Shown: piece by piece, positions 47,320-64,000 of the stretch
How positions within the stretch are numbered: position 1 is the first letter of the stretch
How the letters are laid out: each line of letters opens with the position of its first letter
Assembly (NCBI GenBank): GCA_964016885.1
Contig: OZ024765.1
Location: 8,680,001-8,744,000 of the forward strand
Origin: Eledone cirrhosa
Taxonomy: Eukaryota
Direction of reading: 5' to 3'
Length of the DNA stretch: 64,000 nt
The notes under the pieces: generated by a model
What the model was told of the DNA's origin: nothing
The model's input: the letters and a program-made list of their open reading frames with translations, nothing else
The model's database searches: none
Translations under genes and position numbers: made by a program

Positions 47320-50107
47320 TGTTGGTACCACAAAACATCCAGTACACACTGTAAAGTGGTCATGTAGGTGTCACAACAAAAAGTACCCAGTTCACACTGT
47401 AAAGTGGTCATGTAGGTGTCACAACAAAAAGTACCCAGTACACACTGTAAAGTGGTCATGTAGGTGTCACAACATATATCACCCAGCTCACACTGTAAAG
47501 TGGTCGTGTAGATGTCATGGCAAAAAGTACCCAGTATACACTGTAAAGTGGTCATGTAGGTGTCATGACAAAAAGTACCCAGTACACACTGTAAAGTGGT
47601 CATGTAGGTGTCACAACAAAAAGTACCCAGTAAACACTGTAAAGTGGTCATGTAGGTGTCACAACAAAAAGCACCAAGTACACACTGTAAAGTGGTCATG
47701 TAGGTGTCACAACATATATCACCCAGCTCACACTGTAAAGTGGTCATGTAGGTGTCACAACAAAAAGTACCCAGTTCACTCTGTAAAGTGGTCATGTAGG
47801 TGTCACAACAAAAAGCACCAAGTACACACTGTAAAGTGGTCATGTAGGTGTCATGGCAAAAAGTACCCAGTCCACACTGTAAAGTGGTCATGTAGATGTC
47901 ATGACGAAAAGTACCCAGTACACACTGTAAAGTGGTCATGTAGGTGTCATGGCAAAAAGTACCCAGTATACACTGTAAAGTGGTCATGTAGGTGTCATGA
48001 CGAAAAGTACCCAGTACACACTGTAAAGTGGTCATGTAGGTGTCACAACAAAAAGCACCCAGTAAACACTGTAAAGTGGTCATGTAGGTGTCACAACAAA
48101 AAGCACCCAGTCCACACTGTAAAGTGGTCATGTAGGTGTCACAACAAAAAGCACCCAGTCCACACTGTAAAGTGGTCATGTAGGTGTCACAACAAAAAGC
48201 ACCCAGTAAACACTGTAAAGTGGTCATGTAGGTGTCACAACAAAAAGTACCCAGTCCACACTGTAAAGTGGTCATGTAGGTGTCACAACATATATCACCC
48301 AGCTCACACTGTAAAGTGGTCATGTAGGTGTCACAACAAAAAGTACCCAGTTCACTCTGTAAAGTGGTCATGTAGGTGTCACAACAAAAAGCACCCAGTC
48401 CACACTGTAAAGTGGTCATGTAGGTGTCACAACAAAAAGTACCCAGTCCACACTGTAAAGTGGTCATGTAGATGTCATGACGAAAAGTACCCAGTACACA
48501 CTGTAAAGTGGTCATGTAGGTGTCATGGCAAAAAGTACCCAGTATACACTGTAAAGTGGTCATGTAGGTGTCATGACGAAAAGTACCCAGTACACACTGT
48601 AAAGTGGTCATGTAGGTGTCACAACAAAAAGTAGCCAGTAAACACTGTAGAGTGGTCATGTAGGTGTCACAACAAAAAGCACCCAGTAAACACTGTAAAG
48701 TGGTCATGTAGGTGTCACAACAAAAAGCACCAAGTACACACTGTAAAGTGGTCATGTAGGTGTCACAACAAAAAGCACCCAGTCCACACTGTAAAGTGGT
48801 CATGTAGGTGTCACAACAAAAAGCACCCAGTAAACACTGTAAAGTGGTCATGTAGGTGTCACAACAAAAAGTACCCAGTCCACACTGTAAAGTGGTCATG
48901 TAGGTGTCACAACAAAAAGCACCCAGTCCACACTGTAAAGTGGTCATGTAGGTGTCACAACAAAAAGTACCCAGTAAACACTGTAAAGTGGTCATGTAGG
49001 TGTCACAACAAAAAGCACCCAGTCCACACTGTAAAGTGGTCATGTAGGTGTCACAACAAAAAGCACCCAGTCCACACTGTAAAGTGGTCATGTAGGTGTC
49101 ACAACAAAAAGCACCCAGTCCACACTGTAAAGTGGTCATGTAGGTGTCACAACAAGTACCCAGTCCACACTGTAAAGTGGTCATGTAGGTGTCACAACAA
49201 AAAGCACCCAGTAAACACTGTAAAGTGGTCATGTAGGTGTCACAACAAAAAGCACCCAGTCCACACTGTAAAGTGGTCATGTAGGTGTCACAACAAAAAG
49301 CACCCAGTCCACACTGTAAAGTGGTCATGTAGGTGTCACAACAAAAAGCACCCAGTAAACACTGTAAAGTGGTCATGTAGGTGTCACAACAAAAAGTACC
49401 CAGTCCACACTGTAAAGTGGTCATGTAGGTGTCACAACAAAAAGCACCCAGTCCACACTGTAAAGTGGTCATGTAGGTGTCACAACAAAAAGTACCCAGT
49501 AAAACACTGTAAAGTGGTCATGTAGGTGTCACAAACAAAAAGCACCCAGTCCACACTGTAAAGTGGTCATGTAGGTGTCACAACAAAAAGCCACCCAGTC
49601 CACACTGTAAAGTGGTCATGTAGGTGTCACAACAAAAAGCACCCAGTCCACACTGTAAAGTGGTCATGTAGGTGTCACAACAAGTACCCAGTCCACACTG
49701 TAAAAGTGGTCATGTAGGTGTCACAACAAAAAGCACCCAGGAAACACTGTAAAGTGGTCATGTAGGTGTCACAACAAAAAGCACCCAGTCCACACTGTAA
49801 AGTGGTCATGTAGGTGTCACAACAAGTACCCAGTCCACACTGTAAAGTGGTCATGTAGGTGTCACAACAAAAAGCACCCAGTCCACACTGTAAAGTGGTC
49901 ATGTAGGTGTCACGACAAAAAGTACCCAGTCCACACTGTAAATGTGGTTGGCATTAGGAAGGGCATCCAGCCACAGGAAACAGCCAGAAACAGTCCTATA
50001 TGAGCAAGACACGGTCACAGGACCCAACTTGCCTCAAATGGGACAAACCCGTCTAACCCATGCTAGCGTGGAAAATAGACATTAAACAATGGTGGTGATG
50101 ATGATGA
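47320..50107 (+). repeat. 45-bp minisatellite (~58 units) expanded inside an RTE 3' UTR
   Basis: Unit CCCAGTCCACACTGTAAAGTGGTCATGTAGGTGTCACAACAAAAAGCA-like. Flanks match the RTE 3' UTR, which ends in (GAT)n at ~50105. Confidence 0.93.
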
Positions 50108-50149
50108 TATATATGTGTGTGAATAAAAATTATATTATAATATATATAT

Positions 50150-50540
50150 AATTGTTTCTACTTTTGGCACAAGGCCAGCAATTATCCCAGTGTATTACTG
50201 CTACTTTATTTTATCCCGTAAGGATGGAAGGCGGGATTTGAACTCAGTCCGTAAAGGGATGTAACTCTGCTGCAAAGCATAGCGTCCGACCCTCTAGCGA
50301 TACTGCCAATTCACTATGTTATAGTTAGTTTGAAGTATTGTATATAATATATAACTGTTTCTACTTTTGGCACAAGGCCAACAATTATCCCAGTGTATTA
50401 CTGGTACTTTATTTTATCGACCCCCGTAAGGATGAAAGGCAAAGTTAACCTCGGCGGGATTTGAACTCAAACCATAAAGGGCCGTAAATCTTTGCTGCAA
50501 AGCATGGCGTCCGACCCTCTACCACAATACTGCCAATTCC
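50150..50540 (-). mobile_element. Two tandem SINE copies
   Basis: 50150-50312 and 50355-50540, same family as 25478-25650. Confidence 0.8.
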
Positions 50541-51027
50541 AACGCCCTTGTATATAATATATAACGTTGAAAGAGATATGTTTCTTTATTAGTCACAGGG
50601 GCACAAAAGAAGGGGACAAATACAAAGGGGGAAGTTTACATACAATAAAAACGTTGAAAGAGATAGAAGGCTAAACAATGCAAAATGAACTGTAAGGTGA
50701 GGTAACGAAAAGTAAAAGTTACCTGGTAATCTTTGTTTTGTTTTGTAGTTGTACATATATCTACAATATGGAATTAGTTATATAATTATAGAGGTGCGTG
50801 TATGCATTTTAATTTATATTTTTAATTATTGTGTGTCTACCTTGCCTTCCATAGGTTATAGATTCCATACACTGGTGGTTGTCCCTGTTTTATTGATGGC
50901 GCACTATCTCTCTCTAGTGTGTTACCCTTTCAACATATTGTATTTTAAAGAGGTCAGGATTCCTTTTCCTTTGAGCACATAATTTACAGGGAATAGCGAG
51001 AGTCTATGGCTCCGTTAATTTATTGTG

Positions 51028-51088
<61 letters not shown>

Positions 51089-51139
51089 ATATATATATTA
51101 TATATATATATATTATATATATATTATATATATTATATA

Positions 51140-51204
<65 letters not shown>

Positions 51205-51233
51205 ATATTATATATATATTATATTATATATAT

Positions 51234-51278
<45 letters not shown>

Positions 51279-51777
51279 TATATATATATTATATATATAT
51301 ATATATTATATATTATATATTATATATATATTATATATATATTATATATTATATATATATTATATATTATATATATATTATTTATATATTATATATTATA
51401 TATATATTATATATATATTATATATATATATATATATATTATATATTATATATATATTATATATATATTATATATTATATATATATTATATATATTATAT
51501 ATATATATATTATATATTATATATATATATATTATATTATATATTATATATATATATATATTATATATATATATATTATATATATATATATATTATATAT
51601 ATATTATATATATATTATATATTATATATATATATATATTATATATATATATATTATATATATATATATATTATATATATATTATATATATATTATATAT
51701 TATATATATATATATATTATATATATATATATTATATATATATATATATTATATATATATTATATATATATATATAT

Positions 51778-51812
<35 letters not shown>

Positions 51813-51835
51813 ATATATATATATTATATATATAT

Positions 51836-51870
<35 letters not shown>

Positions 51871-51887
51871 ATATATATATATATATT
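51028..51887. repeat. ~860-bp tract containing only A and T
   Basis: (TA)n interrupted by TT; no G or C seen. Confidence 0.9.
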
Positions 51888-52226
51888 GAGGCACATGGCT
51901 TAGTGGTTAGAGCATTGGCCTTGCAATCGAAAGGTTGTGAGTTCAATTCTCAGACCGGGTGATGTGTTGTTTCCTTGAGCAAGACACTTTATTTTACATT
52001 GCTCCAGTTTACTCAGCTGTAGAAATGAGATGATAGGGACCCTAGTCCACTGCAAAGTGGTCGTGTAGGTGCCACGGCAAAAAAAGCACCCAGCACTCAC
52101 TGTAAATGAGGTTGGTGTTAGGAGGGGCATCTAGCTGTAGAAATCAAGCCAGAATCAGTTCCCGTCCGACGGGAAAAGTGGGAAAACCAAGCAGGGAAAA
52201 GTGGATGTAAAATGAAATGATGATGA
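51888..52226 (+). mobile_element. tRNA-derived SINE with CORE-like domain and RTE 3' tail
   Basis: A box TGGCTTAGTGG, B box GTTCAATTC, core TCCTTGAGCAAGACACTT, then RTE 3' UTR GGTTGGTGTTAGGAGGGGCATCTAGCTGTAGAAA and (GAT)n. Confidence 0.85.
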
Positions 52227-52245
52227 TATATATATATATATCTAT

Positions 52246-52443
52246 ATAACGAAGGAAATGTGGTAAGGAACCAGGTGGACCATAACGCACCAAAGTACTC
52301 GATACTTAGGGTAGTAGAGTGGGTAATAGGAACAAGTAGGACCCCGATGGCTGAGCTCAAGCCGTTTCGACGACTAATTCTGAGTCCAGAATTAGCCGTC
52401 GAAATGGCTTGAGCTCAGCCGTCAGGGTCCTACTTGTTCCTAT
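52246..52443 (-). mobile_element. Fold-back element, family 1
   Basis: Arms ~52326-52382 and 52387-52443 with a few mismatches. Confidence 0.8.
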
Positions 52444-52697
52444 ATATATATATATATATATAGGATCTTATAGACACCTGTTAGCTTAAGAGAAACTTAA
52501 TAATAAGGAGTGGTACCCCATCCTGAACTTGTTTATAGAATTCTTTCTGCCTTTGTTACTCTAAAAATAAAAATAAACTATAGCTTTGTAGAATTAGCTT
52601 TTAATGAATTCCCTTTTCTATCAACTAATGACCTCTACCCATCCCTCTCCTACCACTTGAAGAGACCTATAAATACCATACTTATTTTTTGATACCC

Positions 52698-52748
52698 AGA
52701 TTCCTGATGATTTCTAAAGAATGAAACAGTTCTAGTCCTGTAGAATCT
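52698..52748 (+). ncRNA. Type I hammerhead ribozyme
   Basis: AGATTC-CTGATGA-T-TTC-TAAA-GAA-T-GAAACAG-TTCTAGTC-CTGTA^GAATCT. Cleavage predicted after 52742. The downstream sequence is repeated at 53616-53712. Confidence 0.85.
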
Positions 52749-52844
52749 CATCTATATTAAAACTTTTATACTCTGCAATGTATTGAGTACCTTACTTACT
52801 GTGGTTACCTCCGATTCAACCCGGAATAACGTATATATATATAT

Positions 52845-53286
52845 CATCATCATCATCATCATCAACGTTTAACGTCCGTGTTCCACGCTTGCATGGGTTT
52901 GGACGGGGGTTTTCCCACTTGAGGCAAGAGTGATTGTCTTGCTCGCATAGGACTGTCTGGCAGGTTTTCTACAGTTGGATGCCCTTCCTAACACCAACCA
53001 CATTTACAGTGTGGGTCTGGGAGGTTTTTACTGTGTTGCCTACACGGCCACATTACAGCGTGGACTGTGTGTTTTTTTGTCGTGACACCTACACGATCAC
53101 ATTTGTTTCGGCCTGGATGGTGTGTCACCAACATAACTTTACATAGAAGGGGGCGGTGTGGATGGGGTGGGGGTGGTGGGACGGGGGTGTATTTTGTTAG
53201 AGATGCCTACTGACTGTAGTAGGTTTTACTTTGTATTTAGGTAAGGCGGGTCTTCTCTATTACTGAGTACCGCCAAAGGTCTCGGT

Positions 53287-53288
<2 letters not shown>
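52845..53288 (-). mobile_element. RTE 3' end
   Basis: Reverse-complement match to 9645-10110, with (ATC)n tail on the plus strand. Confidence 0.85.
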
Positions 53289-53340
<52 letters not shown>

Positions 53341-53720
53341 TTTAATTTGAATTATATGATAAAGTTAAAACTATGTTGTCTCTGATTGAGACGAAGTGAG
53401 AATGTACTCGAATACATATAAAAATAAGAAAACTCATCACTAGCACAGTCATTAAAACAGCTAAATGCTGTCAAAGACAATGATGGGCAAAAATGCCTGA
53501 GAGGACATAGACCAGCAGCTAGTGGTTGACAAAGAGACAATCCACGTGGGTGACAGGCAGATGATATATAGAAAAGATTGAATTATATATATACATATAT
53601 TTAATATAAAAAAACTAGTCCTGTAGAAGCCATTTCTATGTTAAATATTTACACTCTGCTATGTATTGAGTACCTTACTTACTGTGGTTACCCCCAATTG
53701 AACCTGGGATACATACACAC

Positions 53721-53771
<51 letters not shown>

Positions 53772-54495
53772 ATCTGTATGTATGTATGTATGTATGTAAA
53801 TCTATATGTATGTATGTATATATGTATGTATGTATGTATATCTATATGTATGTATGTATATCTATATGTATGTATGTATATCTATATGTATGTATGTATA
53901 TCTGTATGTATGTATGTATATCTATATGTATGTATGTATATCTATATGTATGTATGTATATCTATATGTATGTATGTATGTGTATCTATATGTATGTATG
54001 TATGTATATCTATATGTATGTATGTATATCTGTATGTATGTATGTGTATCTATATGTATGTATGTGTATCTATATGTATGTATGTGTATCTATATGTATG
54101 TATATCTATATGTATGTATGTGTATGTATATGTATATATTATGTGTATGTATATGTATATATTATATGCATATATATGTGTATATATGTATATATATGTG
54201 TGTATATATGTATATATATGTATGTATGTATGTGTATATGTATATATATATATGTGTATATATATATGTATATATATGTATGTATGTGTGTGTATATGTC
54301 TATATATATGTGTATATATGTATATATATATATATGTGTATATATGTATATATATATATATGTATGTGTGTGTGTATATGTATATATATGTGTGTATATG
54401 TATATATATATATGTGTGTATATATGTATATATATATATATGTGTGTATATATGTATATATATATATGTGTATATATGTATATATGTATGTGTGT

Positions 54496-56052
54496 CATCA
54501 TCATCATCATCACCGTTTTACGTCCGTTCTTCCACGCTAGCATGGGTTAGACGGGTTGTCCTGTTGTGGGCAGTGTCTGGTCGGCTGACCATGCCTTGCT
54601 CATACAGGAACTGATCTGGCTTGATTTCTACAGCTAGATGCCCTTCCTAACACCAACCTCATTTACAGTGAGTGCTGGGTGCTTTTTCGTGGCGCCTACA
54701 CGTCCACTTTACAGTGTGGGCTGGGTGCTTTTTTGCCGTGGCACCTCCACGACCACCTTGCGGTGGGGGGAGTGGGGGCATATTGTTTATATGCTTCAGC
54801 ATGTACCCATGGGAGGTCGGGTACCCTGTATTACTGCATGACGCCAGAAGTCACGGTCGTGTGTCATTGATTTTGAGAGGTGTAGTTGGGTAAGGTCGGC
54901 TTTTATCACCTCATCCCAAGTCATCTTGGGTCTCCCCACTCCTCGGTTTCCATCAACTTCTAGTGCTCTGCACCTTTTTATGCAGCTGTCATCCTTCATA
55001 CGCATCACATGTCCATACCAGCGTAACCGCCTCTCCTGCACGCAGCATTTGATTCCTCTTATGCTCAGTCTCTCTCTCAATTCCTTTATGCTTTGTCGTT
55101 CACGTATATTACTGTTACACATCCATCGGAGCATGCAGGCTTCGTTTCTCTCTAATCTACGTAAGTCTTCCACCTTCAGCGCCCAGGTCTCACTACCATG
55201 CAACATCGCTGTTCGGATACACGCATCATACAGTATGCCTTTCATTCTGAAGGAGAAGCCTTTTGCAGCTAGCAGTGGTAGTAGTTCCCTAAACTTCTTC
55301 CATCCCATTCTTACCCTAGTTATTGTACTTTCTGAGCACCCACCTCCGTTGCTAATTCGGTCACCTAGGTAGCAGAAGCTGTCTACTGTTTCTACAGGGC
55401 CCTCCAAGAGATTGGTGGTACTTGTTTCCTGTGGCTGTTTGCTTGCTGTTTCAGCACAGCTGCTGCATGTGAATCCTACATTCTTAATTAAGCTTCCTGA
55501 GATCCCGCTACATCTCTTGTGTACCCATTGTTTGCATTTGGGGCAGAGAATGGAGTTCCTACCTACACCTTTCCTACATACTGAGCAAGGCCATTTCCCT
55601 GAGGGGATCTGGGTTCTGTTTTCTCGTCTACTTACAAGGACCTTAGTCTTTGTCATGTTGACTTTGAGGCCCTTTCTCTCTAGTCCCTGCTTCCAGGTTT
55701 GGAATTTATTCTCTAGTTCTACCATAGATTCAGCTATGAGTGCGAGGTCATCAGCATACAGGAGTTCCCATGGGCATCCGGTCTTAAACTCCTCCGTTAT
55801 TGCCTGCAGGACTATGATGAAGAGGAGAGGGCTAAGAACAGAGCCCTGGTGGACCCCAACCTGTACGCTAAATTCCTCGCTATACTCATTGCTAATCCTA
55901 ACTTTGCTGACTGCTCCCCTATACATGGCTTGTACCGCTTTCACAAGCCATTCATCTACTCCTAGTTTTCTAAGAGCCCACCAGATTACTGCACGTGGAA
56001 CTCTGTCAAAGGCTTTCTCAAGGTCGACAAATGCCAAGTAGAGTGGCTTACT
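54496..56052 (-). mobile_element. 5'-truncated RTE-clade LINE with uninterrupted RT ORF, internal PHD finger, 3' UTR and (GAT)n tail
   Basis: [55 protein letters not shown]; ~415 codons without a stop. Confidence 0.95.
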
Positions 56053-56232
56053 TTTGTGTGTGTGTGTGTATATGTATATATATATATGTTTACATATACC
56101 TCTATAAATGCATGTGTATATATGTTTGTTTGTTTTATAAAAAGCAAATGTCACTCCATTTAAAAGTTTGTCTTGAACAAAATTTGTTTAATATAGTTTT
56201 TTCATGTATGTCATCCAATTGGAGAAAATATA

Positions 56233-56272
<40 letters not shown>

Positions 56273-56277
56273 TATAC

Positions 56278-56314
<37 letters not shown>

Positions 56315-56319
56315 TATAC

Positions 56320-56398
<79 letters not shown>

Positions 56399-56413
56399 CA
56401 TGTATATATATGC

Positions 56414-56457
<44 letters not shown>

Positions 56458-56498
56458 ATATATGCATATATATATATATATATATACATGTATATATA

Positions 56499-56543
<45 letters not shown>

Positions 56544-56551
56544 ATATATGC

Positions 56552-56588
<37 letters not shown>

Positions 56589-56713
56589 CATACATATATA
56601 TACATATATACATACATATATATACATGTATATATACATACATATATATACATGTATATATACATGTATATATATACATATATACATATATATACATATA
56701 TATATATATATAC

Positions 56714-56786
<73 letters not shown>

Positions 56787-56887
56787 CATATATATATACA
56801 TATATATATATATATACATATATATATACATATATATATATATATACATATATACATACATATATATATATATACATATATACATAC

Positions 56888-56918
<31 letters not shown>

Positions 56919-57769
56919 CATATATACATACATATATATATATATACATATATACATACATATATATATATACATATATACATACATATATATATATATA
57001 CATACACATATATATATACATATATACATATACATATATACATACATATATACATATATATATATACATATATACATACATATATATATATACATATATA
57101 TATATATACACATATATATATATACATATATACATGTACATATATATATATACACACATATATATACATATATACATGTACATATATATATATACACATA
57201 CATATATATATATACATATATACATGTACATATATATATATACACACACATATATATATATATATACATATATACATGTACATATATATATATACACACA
57301 TATATATATATATATACATATATACATGTAAATATATATATATACACACATATATATATATACATATATACATGTGTATATATATATATATATATACATA
57401 CATATATATACATATATACACACATATATATATATATATATATATAATACACACACATATATATATATATAATACACACATATATATATATATATATAAT
57501 ACACACATATATATGCAGCATGTGACCTTTCAGTCTATGTCATAGTAAAATATCCTTTCCGTGAGTGTTGGGGTTAGTTCTCTGTTTGTTTGGGGGTGAA
57601 AGGTGGGTGTATGTTTGAAATAAACACTTCCAAACCCTCTTCCAGCCCTGATAAAGGAATATATATGATGTTGAGAGTTAGAGAGGGGGAGGTTAGAGAG
57701 AGAGGGGGAGGGTGAAGTAGGGATGAAGATTTTCAGGGATTTAAAAGTCAACAGTAATTGGACAAGGTT

Positions 57770-57812
<43 letters not shown>

Positions 57813-57877
57813 ATAGAATATATATATGTTATAGAATGCCGTTAGCTTCTTGCTAAAACAATCTCTATACCTCTCAT

Positions 57878-64000
<6,123 letters not shown>

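Noticed and set aside
47286-49472. 728-aa Cys-rich repeat ORF
   Set aside because: The 45-bp unit is a multiple of three and derives from an RTE 3' UTR; indels break the frame upstream.
51890-51960. Possible tRNA gene
   Set aside because: A and B boxes are present but there is no acceptor stem, and it continues into SINE core and LINE tail.
54926-56041. Plus-strand ORFs of 148 and 209 aa
   Set aside because: Antisense shadows of the RTE RT ORF.

Overview
Extremely AT-rich, microsatellite-dominated eukaryotic (animal) DNA; the repeat content suggests a cephalopod such as Octopus, but that is inference only. The one host gene is a myostatin/GDF11-like TGF-beta gene on the + strand: two prodomain exons (5895-6043, 8250-8352) and the mature-ligand exon (16087-16470). 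The rest is (TA)n/(TATG)n tracts, minisatellites built from TE fragments, and decayed retroelements (RTE with a PHD finger inside its RT, R4/Dong-type RLE LINEs, CR1-like, Gypsy pol, tRNA-derived SINEs). The main hidden signal is in the 100-500 bp islands between (TA)n tracts. Many are fold-back (palindromic) elements, and about ten type I hammerhead ribozyme motifs from at least six unrelated sequence families can be folded by hand. One lies just downstream of a Penelope-like GIY-YIG C-terminus. The islands share one architecture: (TA)n, short inverted arm, fold-back, long arm with a TTGAGTRC-like motif, (TA)n. This points to a diverse set of (TA)n-targeting, ribozyme-bearing Penelope-like/retrozyme elements. 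All ribozyme calls are manual folds, not tested computationally or experimentally. Nearly all long ORFs in the supplied track are microsatellite artefacts.
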